From contig CAWAIF010000003.1 of NCBI GenBank assembly GCA_963782055.1, positions 2,144,001 through 2,208,000 of the forward strand: a stretch of DNA of 64,000 bases, read 5' to 3'. A program made the position numbers and the translations under genes. The DNA comes from an uncultured delta proteobacterium (GTDB taxonomy: Bacteria > Myxococcota_A > Polyangia > Polyangiales > Polyangiaceae). Shown in pieces: positions 40,980 to 50,631 of the stretch. The stretch's first letter is position 1, and each line of letters opens with the position of its first letter. The notes under the pieces are model-generated. The model did not search any database and was not told where the DNA came from. It worked only from the letters and a program-made list of their open reading frames with translations.

Positions 40980-42311
40980 GTGGCGGAGGGGCCGGTCGAC
41001 GTCGGGCTGCGCGCGCGTCTCGCGTGGGTCACTGGCGCGCGCCTCTTCGTGCTGACGCTGCTGCTCGGCGCCACCGCCTTCTTCTACCTGCGCGGCAGCC
41101 TGGATCGCTACCCGGAGAGCATGCGCATCGTGTTCAGCACGATCGCGCTCGCGTATGCCATCTCCGCCGTCGAGGCGGCGATGCTCCGGCGCGTGCGCCG
41201 CCTGCGCGCGCTGGCGGTCATCCACCTCGTCATCGACCAGTGCCTGTGGACCGCCATCGTGTACGTGTCCGGCGGCCCGGCGAGCGGCGCCACCTCCTTC
41301 TACGGGCTGACCGTGCTCGTGGGCGCCGTGCTGATCGGCGTGCGCGGGGCCGCGGTGGCGGGCGCGGTGGGCTTCGCCCTCTACGGCGCGCTCGGCTCGG
41401 CGATCGTCACGCACCTGGTGGTGCCACCGCCCGACCAGCCTCTCGGCAGCTACGCCACCACCTGGCGGGAGCTCCTCTATCCGCTGCTGCTCAACGCGCT
41501 CGGCATCGGCGTCGTCGGCATGCTCGCCGGCTACCTCGCCGAGCGCCTGCGCACGACGGGCGGCGCGCTGGAGGTCGCCCGCCGCCGCTACACCGAGGCG
41601 GAGCGGCTCGCCGAGCTGGGCCGCATCGCGGCGTGGCTCGCGCACGAGATCCGCAACCCGCTCGGTTCCATCTCCGGCTCGATCGAGATGCTGCGCGAGG
41701 CACCCGCGCTCTCCCCGGAGGACCGCGAGCTCTGCGACATCGTCTCGCGGGAGGTCACGCGCCTCAACGACCTGGTCGGCGACATGCTCGACCTCTCCAA
41801 GACCCGCCGCCCCTCCGCCGAGGCGGTCGACGTCGCCGAGCTCGCCCGCGACGTCGTCTCGCTGGCGAATCGCTCGGCCGCCCCCAAGGCGGTGACGGTG
41901 GCCTACGAGGGCCCCGCCGGCGAGGTGGCCACGCGCTGCGACGGCGCGCAGATGCGGCAGGTGCTGTGGAACCTCGTCCGCAACGCCGTCCAGGTCAGCC
42001 CCTCGGGGAGCACCGTGACCGTGCGCGTCGACCCGGAGGGGGACCGCGTCGCGCTCACGGTCGACGATCGGGGCCCCGGCATCACGCCCGAGACGCGCGC
42101 GCGCATCTTCGACGCCTTCTACACCACGCACACGCACGGCGTGGGCATCGGTCTGGCGGTGGTCAAGCGCATCGTCGACGACCACGCCTCGATGGGCGCC
42201 ACGATCGAGGTGCAGAGCCTAGACGCCGGCGGCACACGCTTCCGGGTGACGCTGCGCAGGCCCAGCCCCTCCCTGCGGCGGAGCCTGTCCCCTCGCGCCC
42301 TCGCGAAGTAG
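40980..42311 (+). CDS. pilS: PilS-like membrane sensor histidine kinase
   Basis: Multi-TM N-terminus (SGGPASG), H-box LAHEIRNPL, N-box NLVRNA, DDRGPGI, GVGIGL. Directly follows pilC. Confidence 0.8.
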   Translation: MAEGPVDVGLRARLAWVTGARLFVLTLLLGATAFFYLRGSLDRYPESMRIVFSTIALAYAISAVEAAMLRRVRRLRALAVIHLVIDQCLWTAIVYVSGGPASGATSFYGLTVLVGAVLIGVRGAAVAGAVGFALYGALGSAIVTHLVVPPPDQPLGSYATTWRELLYPLLLNALGIGVVGMLAGYLAERLRTTGGALEVARRRYTEAERLAELGRIAAWLAHEIRNPLGSISGSIEMLREAPALSPEDRELCDIVSREVTRLNDLVGDMLDLSKTRRPSAEAVDVAELARDVVSLANRSAAPKAVTVAYEGPAGEVATRCDGAQMRQVLWNLVRNAVQVSPSGSTVTVRVDPEGDRVALTVDDRGPGITPETRARIFDAFYTTHTHGVGIGLAVVKRIVDDHASMGATIEVQSLDAGGTRFRVTLRRPSPSLRRSLSPRALAK

Positions 42312-42526
42312 GCGACAACCGAGGACGCGCGTCCACACCCCGGCCGTGAACCGCCGCCGGATCGTGAGCATGCTCGCGATCGGCCGCGCCGCCTGGCCTC
42401 CCGCGGACGCCCCCGGTGCGCGCCCCCTGCGCCTCGAGGGGCGATCTCGCGCAAAAGCAGCCGCGGATGGGCTCTTTCTTGCTTGCTTGAATCGTGGACG
42501 CTAAACCCCCGTCCAACCCCGTGACC

Positions 42527-43210
42527 ATGAGCCCCATCCGCCGCCTCGTCTCCTCCATCCTGTCGTGGTCTCGCCCGGTCGCCCTCGCCCTGGCGTCCTC
42601 CGGCTGGGCGCCCCGCGCCGCCGCCGTCGCCGTCGCCGGCCTGGTGGTGCTCGCTCCCGCCGTGGCCCGCGCCGACACGCCCGAGAACTTCGTGCGCACC
42701 GGGCACGCCCAGCTCGACTCGCTGCTGCGGCAGGCGCCGTCCGCGGGGCGGGAAGCGCGCATCGCCGCCATCTTCGGCAAGATCATCGACTACGACGAGC
42801 TCATTCGCCGCTGCTTCAAGGAACACTGGACCCAGCTCAGCGCCGATCAGCGGAGCGAGGTCGCCGGCCTGCTGAAGCAGCTCGTCGAGAAGAACTACCA
42901 GAAGAACCTGAAGCGGACGCTCGACTACACCATCACGTACACCGGGTCGCGCGCCCAGGGCAGCGACGTGCGGGTGCGCACGCAGGCCAAGAGCAAGCTC
43001 AACGCGCGCGAGCCGGTCGTCCAGGTGGACTACATCGTCGCGGGTCCCGCCGGCGGTCCGTACCACGTCGTGGACATCGTCACCGAGGGCTCCAGCCTCA
43101 CCAAGAACTACTACAGCCAGTTTCACCGCATGCTCAACACGCAGAGCGAGGGCTACCCGTACATCGTCCGCAAGCTCCGCGCGAAGATCGCCAAGCTGGA
43201 CAAGCAGTAG
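42527..43210 (+). CDS. MlaC/Ttg2D family phospholipid-binding protein
   Basis: IIDYDELIRR, WTQLS..QR, VQVDY, VVDIVTEGSSLTKNYYSQF. Confidence 0.85.
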   Translation: MSPIRRLVSSILSWSRPVALALASSGWAPRAAAVAVAGLVVLAPAVARADTPENFVRTGHAQLDSLLRQAPSAGREARIAAIFGKIIDYDELIRRCFKEHWTQLSADQRSEVAGLLKQLVEKNYQKNLKRTLDYTITYTGSRAQGSDVRVRTQAKSKLNAREPVVQVDYIVAGPAGGPYHVVDIVTEGSSLTKNYYSQFHRMLNTQSEGYPYIVRKLRAKIAKLDKQ

Positions 43211-43252
43211 CCCTCACCCGCCGCTCCCGAGAGCGCGTCATCAGGTATCCAA

Positions 43253-43307
43253 CCCCGACGCGTAGCGGAGGGCCCGCGTGGGGAGGGGCCCCGGAGGGGC
43301 CCCGCCG
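43253..43307. repeat. GC-rich palindromic (REP-like) element between convergent genes
   Basis: CCCCGACGCGTAGCGGAGGG followed by the GGGGCCCC-GGA-GGGGCCCC hairpin. Confidence 0.4.
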
Positions 43308-43325
43308 AATTCAATTCACATCCTC

Positions 43326-43826
43326 TCAGTGCGTACCGGTGCCGTGGGCGCCGGCCTCCGCGGGCTCCACGTACACGCTGAGCGGCTCCAGCATGGAGAG
43401 CTGCTCGCGCGCGATCCCCACGCCGCGGTCGGAGAAGAACAGGTCGTTTTCGTCCATCGTCGCGCGCTGCTGCGCGATGAAGAGGATCGGGTCCGCGGTG
43501 CGCGTGTAGCCGAGCTGGACGAGCGTGCCCTTCGGCCAGTTGCCGCCATCGAACTCGAGGCCCTTGCGCAGCATGTAGAACCCCTCCGGCGCGAGGCGCA
43601 CGAGCGTGTCCGCCCACGCGAGCCCGCGGAAGGGGATGCCGGCGCCGTGGAAGTGCCAGCGGTTCATGATGTTGTGGTCCGGCGCGATCACGACGGGCAG
43701 GCCCGCGTCGGAGTGGTTGTGGAAGTACGCGAGCGCCCCCGCCCCGATCTCCGACTCGTGCTCGGGCAGCGCCTTGGTGGTCCGGTACAGGCCGCAGGGC
43801 GGCAGGATGCTCTTGATGGACGCCAT
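43326..43826 (-). CDS. Hypothetical protein
   Basis: 166-aa ORF with strong coding bias; LPPCGLYRTT, YFHNH, LVQLGY. Confidence 0.75.
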   Translation of the reverse strand: MASIKSILPPCGLYRTTKALPEHESEIGAGALAYFHNHSDAGLPVVIAPDHNIMNRWHFHGAGIPFRGLAWADTLVRLAPEGFYMLRKGLEFDGGNWPKGTLVQLGYTRTADPILFIAQQRATMDENDLFFSDRGVGIAREQLSMLEPLSVYVEPAEAGAHGTGTH

Positions 43827-43832
43827 GACGGG

Positions 43833-44210
43833 TCAGGGAGCTTCGTCGTCGGGGGGCGGCGGCGGGACGGCGGGCTGCTGGCCCGACTGGAAGAGGAACT
43901 CGAACCCGGCGATGACGCCGTCCGGCTCCTCCTGCACCCAGACCACCCGGCCGCGGCGCGACAGGGGGGCAGGGCCCTCCTCGCCGATGTTGACCTCGTA
44001 CTCCTCGCCGGGCTCGACCCGGTCCTCGAACATGGCGCGCACCCCGCCCCGGCTCACGTTCAGCACCCACCCCTCGCGGGCCTTCAAATTGGGGCCAACG
44101 ATGCGAATTCGCTCGGTCACCTCGTGACGCGCGCCGCCCCGCCGCATGGCGTGGGCGCCATCCGCGGCGGGCACGCCGTTCTCCGGGGTGAGGCTTCGAC
44201 GGTTCTTCAC
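43833..44210 (-). CDS. Single-domain PilZ protein (start 44210 GTG or 44219 ATG)
   Basis: RRGGAR (RxxxR), NVSRGG (D/NxSxxG), GRVVW, GFEF. Confidence 0.85.
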   Translation of the reverse strand: MKNRRSLTPENGVPAADGAHAMRRGGARHEVTERIRIVGPNLKAREGWVLNVSRGGVRAMFEDRVEPGEEYEVNIGEEGPAPLSRRGRVVWVQEEPDGVIAGFEFLFQSGQQPAVPPPPPDDEAP

Positions 44211-44474
44211 TGGTTGCATTCTAGTACGTGGGTGGCGCCAAAAGGAGCCCCACATCGCCGCTTTCCGGTGCGGCAGAGCTGGCCGGCGTTCGGTACGCGC
44301 GCCGCGAGGTGCGGTGCTATACTACATCCGCCGCGCTGCGGGGCGCCGCGGCGTCTACGCTACGTGTGAGCACGCCCGTTTCTTCCGGTTCTTGACTTGG
44401 TGCCCCACCGCGCGCTTTGATTTTGCCGGGGTGGGAGAGTTTGGCGGCGGCGGCGGGCCGCCAGGGCAAGGCAT

Positions 44475-44903
44475 GTGACACCCCAAGAGCTGAAGAAGAA
44501 GCTGGTCGAGGCGGGGTTCGAGGTCTACCGGACGCTCGGCGAGGAAGTCATCCTCGCAGACCGCGTTCGCGACAACCTCATCATGGACTCGGGCGTCCGC
44601 GTACGCGCGGGCTCTCCCGTGCAGATCCGCCTCATCATGGGCGTGAGGCGCGGGCAGTTCCCTCACGAGGACGAGGCACGCCTGTTCGACCGGGTCCGGC
44701 AGCTCGCACACTCCGCGCTGGGCGAGGGCTTCGCCGAGGTGAACACCGGCGTCGCCCCCGTGGTGGATCCGGCCGACGGCACGCGGACGCTGGACACCTT
44801 CTTCGAGGTCGTCTTCGCCAAGGACGTCTCGGCGATGGAGGCTCTGGCCGAGGGCCTGCGCTTCGCGCTCGGCCTGGCCAAGACCGCGGAATCGCGCCGC
44901 TAG
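44475..44903 (+). CDS. Hypothetical protein
   Basis: 142-aa ORF with coding bias; GFEVYRT, LADRVRDNLIMDSGVRV, DPADGTRTLDTF. Confidence 0.75.
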   Translation: MTPQELKKKLVEAGFEVYRTLGEEVILADRVRDNLIMDSGVRVRAGSPVQIRLIMGVRRGQFPHEDEARLFDRVRQLAHSALGEGFAEVNTGVAPVVDPADGTRTLDTFFEVVFAKDVSAMEALAEGLRFALGLAKTAESRR

Positions 44904-44972
44904 GGCGCGGAAGAGGCCGCCGCGCGGCTCCGCTCGCGCCCGTGCGCGAGGCGTGTTAGGCCAAGGCCCCCC

Positions 44973-46778
44973 ATGCTCGATTCCCTGCGCGGAAAAGGCC
45001 TCACTTCGTTCGTGATGGGCGCGGTCATCATCGCGACCGTGCTCGTCTTCGTGATCCAGTTCAACCCGAGCGCCGGCAAGAAGGCGGCAAAGCTCACCGA
45101 GACGTGCGCGGCCACCGTGCGCGGGCACTGTATCGAGCCGAGCGAGCACAGGGCCGCGTACATGATGCTCGTCCCACGCGACGACAAGGGCGCGCGGCTG
45201 CTCGGTCAGGCGCAACAGATGGGCCTGCCGCGCATCGCGCTGGACGGCCTCATCGAGCGCGAGCTGCTGGTCAGCGAGGCCGATCGCATCGGCCTGACGG
45301 TGAGCGACGACGAGGTCCAGACCGACATCATCTCCGGCTTCGTCCACGTGAGCCTCCCCGCCGCCCGGCCGGAGCTCGGGATGTCGCTGCGCGTCTTCGA
45401 CGGCCTGATGTACTACGGGTACGCGTTCAAGGACCCGACGACGAAGGAGTTCGACCTCAAGACGTACAAGCGCAACCTGAAGAACCTCACCGGGCTGTCG
45501 AACGAGAACTTCATGGCCGAGCAGAAGCGCGAGATCCTCGCCGCGAAGATGCGCGACATGGTCCGCGCGCCGGTGCGCGTCTCGGAGGCGGAGGCGCTGG
45601 AGACCTACACCGCGACGAAGAGCTCGGCGATCCTGGAGGACGTGGAGGTCAAGGGCTCCTTCGTCGAGCGCTACGTCCTGCAGGACAGCCCGCACGATCT
45701 GGACGCGTGGGCCAAGGACCCGAAGAACGCCAAGGTCATCGCGGCGGCGATCGATCAGCGGCAGAAGGCGCCTGGCGCGCCGAAGCAGGGGCTCCTTCGT
45801 CACATTCTGATCAAGGTCGCCCCCACCGCGTCGCCCACCGAGAAGGCGGAGGCGCTCGCCAAGCTCACCGAGGCGTACGTGCGCATCAAGCGCGGCGAGA
45901 CGTTCTTCAAGGTGGCGAAGGAGGTGGGCGAAGACGGCACCAAGGACAAGGGCGGCTCGCTGGAGACCGACAAGACCGACGCCTTCGTCCCCGCCTTCAA
46001 GAAGGCGGCCGACGCGCTCAAGCCCGGCCAGATGACCCAGCAGGCCATCGAGACCGAGTTCGGCTATCACCTCATCGCGCGCGACGACGCCTCGACGACG
46101 GCCAGAGACATCGCGCGCGAGATCTACACGCGCAGCCAGGACGAGCAGACGACCAAGACCCTCGCCACCAAGATCATCGCCGACGTGAAGGGCGGCAAGT
46201 CCATGGACGAGGCGGTGACCGCGGAGATGGGCGACCTCAAGGCCATCCCCCTGCTGTCGGTCGTGCATGACCCGAGCCTGGCCGACGCCGGCGCGCCCGC
46301 CGCGCCGGGGGGCGCCGATGCCTCCGTCGACACCACCGCGGACGCGGGCGCACCCGCCGCGCCGCCGCAGACCTCGCTCGACCCCGCCACCGACTCCGAC
46401 CGCCCGCTCGCCGCGTCCACCGCCTCCTTCAACCGCACCGGCGATCCGCTGCCGCGGCTCAACCCCGAGTCGATGGCCAAGGTGCTGGACTTCTCCTTCG
46501 CCGCCACGTCGAAGGACGGCGACCTCATGTCGGAGCCCGTCCTCGGGACCGACGGCTTCTACGTCGTGCGTCTCAAGCAGCACAAGGCGGCCACCAAGGA
46601 GGAGTTCGAGAAGGAGCGCGACACCTTCATGCAGACCCTCCTCGCCACACGCCAGGCGGAGGCGCTCGCCATCTACATGAAGCGCCTGAGGGACGCGTCG
46701 AAGGCCGACATCACCATCGACGAGGAGTACATGGCGGAGTGGACGAAGGACGCCGGGGCGGACGACGAGGGCTATTGA
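44973..46778 (+). CDS. PpiD-like SurA N-terminal + parvulin PPIase membrane chaperone
   Basis: N-terminal TM, LDGLIERELL..EA..IGLTVSDDEV, RHILIK, KGGSL, FVPAF, ETEFGYHLI. Confidence 0.88.
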   Translation: MLDSLRGKGLTSFVMGAVIIATVLVFVIQFNPSAGKKAAKLTETCAATVRGHCIEPSEHRAAYMMLVPRDDKGARLLGQAQQMGLPRIALDGLIERELLVSEADRIGLTVSDDEVQTDIISGFVHVSLPAARPELGMSLRVFDGLMYYGYAFKDPTTKEFDLKTYKRNLKNLTGLSNENFMAEQKREILAAKMRDMVRAPVRVSEAEALETYTATKSSAILEDVEVKGSFVERYVLQDSPHDLDAWAKDPKNAKVIAAAIDQRQKAPGAPKQGLLRHILIKVAPTASPTEKAEALAKLTEAYVRIKRGETFFKVAKEVGEDGTKDKGGSLETDKTDAFVPAFKKAADALKPGQMTQQAIETEFGYHLIARDDASTTARDIAREIYTRSQDEQTTKTLATKIIADVKGGKSMDEAVTAEMGDLKAIPLLSVVHDPSLADAGAPAAPGGADASVDTTADAGAPAAPPQTSLDPATDSDRPLAASTASFNRTGDPLPRLNPESMAKVLDFSFAATSKDGDLMSEPVLGTDGFYVVRLKQHKAATKEEFEKERDTFMQTLLATRQAEALAIYMKRLRDASKADITIDEEYMAEWTKDAGADDEGY

Positions 46779-48070
46779 GCCACGAGGATCCTCCGCACCA
46801 GACCCGGGTCCTGGCGAACGGAGTCCGCGTCGTCGCCGTCGGGCAGCCGGGGCTGCACCGGGCTCACGTCGCGCTCTACGTTCGCATCGGCTCGCGCTTC
46901 GAGGATCCGCGCACCTGCGGGCTGAGCCACTTCCTCGAGCACATGCTCTACCGTGGCACCGGCCGGCTGCCGAGCGCCCACGCGGTGAACCTCGCGTTCG
47001 AGCGGCTGGGCGGCTCGCTCTACGCGTCCACGCAGGTGGACTACGGGGTCTTCTCCGTCACCCTGCCCGCGGAGAACCTGGAGCAGGCCGCGACGATCTT
47101 CGCCGAGGTGCTCTCGCAGCCCTCCTTCCACGACATCGAGGTGGAGAAGGGCATCGTCTGCGAGGAGATCCTGGAGGACCTGGATGACGAGGGGCGGCAG
47201 GTGGACGCCGACAACCTCTCGCGGGCCCTGATCTACCCGGGGCACCCGCTCGGCTTCAGCATCACCGGGGACGAGTCGCATGTGCGCTCCTTCGACCAGC
47301 AGACCCTGCGCTCGCACCACGCCCGCCACTATCGCGGCGAGGGCCTCGTCGCCGTCTTCTCCGGCGCCATCGACCCCGCCCGCGCGATGGACCTGGGGGA
47401 GCGCCTCTTCTCCGCCTTCCCCGCCGGGCCGCGGCTGCCGGCCACGCCGCCGCCGCGCACGCAGAAGAAGCCGCGCCTCAAGACCGTGGAGAACGTCACC
47501 AGCCAGACGGAGCTGCGCGTCTGCTTCCGCGGCATCCCGGAGACCGCGCCGGAGCGCCCCGCGCTGGACGTGCTCATGCGCGTGGTGGACGACGGCATGT
47601 CCACGCGCCTCTACCACCGCCTCTGCGACGCGCAGGGCCTCTGCTACGACGTGAGCGCGGGCTACGACGGCTACGAGGACGACGGCGTCATCGACTTCGC
47701 GGCCGGCACCGTCCACGCGCGCACGGCGCAGGTGGGCCGCGAGATCCTCTCGATGGTGAGCGAGCTGGCGCACCGCGGGCCGACGGACGAGGAGCTGGAG
47801 ATCGTGCGCAACCGCCAGGCGTGGGACCTGCGCGCGATGAACGACTCCGCGGAGGACCTCGCCGCCTTCTACGCCGGCGGCTACCTCTTCCGGCGCTTCG
47901 AGACCCCGCGCGAGCGGCTGGAGAAGGTCCAGCGCGTCACCCGCGAGGACGTGATCGAGGTGGCGCGGACCTTCGCGCGGCCGGAGCGGCTGAACGTGGT
48001 CGCGGTCGGGATGGTGCGCGGCGAGCAGGAGAAGCGCCTGACCGAGGCGGTGAAGGGCTGGCAGGGGTGA
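46775..48070 (+). CDS. M16 (pitrilysin) family zinc peptidase
   Basis: LANGVRV, GSRFE, GLSHFLEHMLYRGT (HxxEH), MSTRLY, GLCYDV. TTG start overlaps the upstream stop. Confidence 0.93.
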   Translation: MSHEDPPHQTRVLANGVRVVAVGQPGLHRAHVALYVRIGSRFEDPRTCGLSHFLEHMLYRGTGRLPSAHAVNLAFERLGGSLYASTQVDYGVFSVTLPAENLEQAATIFAEVLSQPSFHDIEVEKGIVCEEILEDLDDEGRQVDADNLSRALIYPGHPLGFSITGDESHVRSFDQQTLRSHHARHYRGEGLVAVFSGAIDPARAMDLGERLFSAFPAGPRLPATPPPRTQKKPRLKTVENVTSQTELRVCFRGIPETAPERPALDVLMRVVDDGMSTRLYHRLCDAQGLCYDVSAGYDGYEDDGVIDFAAGTVHARTAQVGREILSMVSELAHRGPTDEELEIVRNRQAWDLRAMNDSAEDLAAFYAGGYLFRRFETPRERLEKVQRVTREDVIEVARTFARPERLNVVAVGMVRGEQEKRLTEAVKGWQG

Positions 48071-49386
48071 AGGCGGCGGCGGCCGCCCTCCTGCTCCTCG
48101 CCGCGGGATGCGGGGGCGCGGGGCAGAAGCCGGCGACACCGAGGGTGGCCCCGAAGGCGGCCGCGCACCGGCCGTGCCACAAGAGCGATCTACCCGCGTG
48201 CGCCGACGCCTGCCTGCGGCACGACGGCGCGGCGTGCACGCTGCTCGGGGGGATGTCCGAGGCGGGGGAGGGGATGAAGGCGAACGTCGATCGCGCGGCG
48301 CAGCTCTACACGCGCGGGTGCGACGCGGGCGACGCGCGCGGTTGCGGGCGGCTCGGGCTCCTGGAGCAAGCCGGCAAGGGCGTGGACGTGGACGAGTCCA
48401 GGGCGGCGCTGCACCTGCAGAAGGGCTGCGACGCCGGGCTGGTCGAGGCGTGCGTGGCGCTGCCCGACGCCCTGGAGAAGCTGCACGGCACCTTCGACGC
48501 GAGCACCGTCGTGGCGCTGGCGCGCGCGTGCGAGCTGGGCGCGCCGAAGGGGTGCTTCACCGCCGGCTTCGCCTACGACGAGGGCCGGGGAGTGACGGCG
48601 GATCAGGCGAAGGCGACGGCGCTCTACCGGCGCGGCTGCGACGCGGGCGACGGGAGCGCGTGCGGCAACCTGGCGGTGCGGATGCCGGAGAAGACCGACG
48701 CCGATCGCAAACGCAACGCCGCCCTGCTGCGTCGCGCCTGCGATCTGAACGACCCCTCCGGCTGCATGAACCTGGCGCAGCGCCTCGCCGATGGCGAGGG
48801 CGTCCCGCGTGACGAGGCGGCGGCCGCAGCGCTGAACGCCAAGTGGTGCGCGAAGGACCCCCAGCAGTACCACTTCGCGTGCGCCGCCTACGGCGGGCTG
48901 CTCGCGGCCGGGCGCGGTGTGGCCAGGGACAAGGGCAAGGCCTACGCCTTGCTGCGCGCGGCGTGCGACGTCGACGCGCTCGACTGCGAGACGGGCGAGC
49001 GGGCGTTCGCCCGCCAGGACGCGAAGCGCGCCCGGGAGTTCCGCATCGACGCGTGCCTGCGCGGGCGCTCGCAGTCGTCGTGCGACAGGCTCTACCACGA
49101 CGCCATCCGCGGCGGCCGGCACACCATCGCGGGCATCAAGGAGCACGAGACGCAGGTGAGCTGCACCATCCGCCGGCTCGCCCCCGCGTGCCTGGATCTG
49201 GAGGCCGTGCTGCGCAGGGGCGGGGTGATCTTCCCCAGGAACGCGAAGGCCGCGGACGAAGCGCACCAGGCGGCCTGCAAGATGTGGCACGACCAGCTCT
49301 CCGACGCCAAGGCCGTCGAGCGCTTCAAGAAGGCATGCGCGGCGCCGAACGCCGGCATTTTGACCAAGGATCGGAAGGCTCGGTAG
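48067..49386 (+). CDS. Sel1/HcpA-like Cys-rich repeat lipoprotein
   Basis: LLLAAGC lipobox; repeats of Y.RGCDAGD...C..LG......G.GV..D. Confidence 0.88.
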   Translation: MKAAAAALLLLAAGCGGAGQKPATPRVAPKAAAHRPCHKSDLPACADACLRHDGAACTLLGGMSEAGEGMKANVDRAAQLYTRGCDAGDARGCGRLGLLEQAGKGVDVDESRAALHLQKGCDAGLVEACVALPDALEKLHGTFDASTVVALARACELGAPKGCFTAGFAYDEGRGVTADQAKATALYRRGCDAGDGSACGNLAVRMPEKTDADRKRNAALLRRACDLNDPSGCMNLAQRLADGEGVPRDEAAAAALNAKWCAKDPQQYHFACAAYGGLLAAGRGVARDKGKAYALLRAACDVDALDCETGERAFARQDAKRAREFRIDACLRGRSQSSCDRLYHDAIRGGRHTIAGIKEHETQVSCTIRRLAPACLDLEAVLRRGGVIFPRNAKAADEAHQAACKMWHDQLSDAKAVERFKKACAAPNAGILTKDRKAR

Positions 49387-49395
49387 CTTCACCCC

Positions 49396-49947
49396 ATGGG
49401 CGAGAAGGGCAAGGCGGGGGCGGCGGACGATCTGGACGCGCTGGACGAGAGCTGGGACGACGACGAGGGTCCAGCGGAAGGGGAGGGAGCCGAGGCGACG
49501 CCCGACCCGGGATCGGTGGATGCCGGGTGGGATTGGGATGATGAGGAGGACGAGGAGCAGAGCGAGGGCGCGGCGGCGGCCAGCGAGCCTGGGAGCGCCG
49601 GTCGACCGAGAAGGACGGCGGCGGAGAAGCGGCGGGACAAGGCCCGGCAGAGGGCGGAGCGCCGGCGGGCGCGGGCGGCTGCGGTCGCTCAGAAACAGAA
49701 GCCGAAGAAGCAGCGGCCTCGACCCGTGGTGAGCGAGGAGGCGGCACCGGCGTCGCGGCCGGCGTCGAGCCCGGCGGGAAAGAGCACCGCGACGCGGAGC
49801 ACCACGCGCGCGCCGGCGTCCGGGCGGGCGGCGACCAAGCGGGCGCGGCGGCGCGCGGAGTGGAGCGACTGGCGGAAGATGGGGGTCGCCGTCGCGGTGA
49901 TCGTCGCGGTGGCGGCGGCGCTGATGTTCGCGTTCGGCAGGGGCTGA
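49396..49947 (+). CDS. Low-complexity protein (acidic then basic) with C-terminal TM anchor
   Basis: LDESWDD/VDAGWDW acidic N-terminus, Arg/Lys-rich middle, hydrophobic tail. Confidence 0.6.
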   Translation: MGEKGKAGAADDLDALDESWDDDEGPAEGEGAEATPDPGSVDAGWDWDDEEDEEQSEGAAAASEPGSAGRPRRTAAEKRRDKARQRAERRRARAAAVAQKQKPKKQRPRPVVSEEAAPASRPASSPAGKSTATRSTTRAPASGRAATKRARRRAEWSDWRKMGVAVAVIVAVAAALMFAFGRG

Positions 49948-49960
49948 GGGACGGCCTCGG

Positions 49961-50450
49961 TCACTCCGCGGCGGTCGCCTCCTCCGGCGACGGCCGCGCC
50001 TCTCGCGAAAGGCGGGGTGGCGGGGTGGCGTGCCCGACGAAGAGCGCCGAGACGCTCGCGGACGTCCCCGCGAGGGACGCGCTGAGGGTGTCGGCGAGCG
50101 CGAGGGTGCCGAAGCGCACGCGCGAGGAGGACGCGCTCCGGGTGACGAGGTAGAGGCGGCCACCGGGCACGCGCAGGACGGAGGCGAGCAGCGCGCGCGA
50201 GAGCAGCCCGCGGGACTCCATCGAGGCCTCCGAGCCGTCCCCGTTGCAGCAGAGCACGGCGCGTCGCACGCACCCGCCCTCCCGCTCGAATCTCGTGGAT
50301 GGCGTCGAAGGTGCGGCGGAGCAGCCGCGCGCCGTCCTCGCCCGGGCCCTGCCGGACCGTCACGAGCCGGAAGCCGTGCTCCACCCGCGGGGGCACCTCG
50401 CTCCCGCGCTCCAGGACGACCAGGGCAATCCGCGTGTCAGACCTCTCCAT
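49961..50450 (-). pseudogene. Hypothetical protein with a 1-bp insertion at 50289-50290
   Basis: RBS GGAGGGAG, then MERSDTRIALVVLERGSE...AIHEI. Deleting one base continues as EREGGCVRRAVLCCNG into the 49961-50269 frame. Confidence 0.65.
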
Positions 50451-50631
50451 CGCTCCCTCCGGTGGCTGGGGCCCCTGGAGCAAGCATGGGGCCAGCTCCC
50501 GATCGCGGGAAGTCCGCGTGCAAGCTTCGCGGGCGCGTGCCGAGATTGCGTGCGGGCGCAGACGGTGCGGGGTGGCCCGCCGGCCGGCGCTCGTTGCACG
50601 TGCGCCGGCGTTCCGGCAAGCTCGCGGGTCG

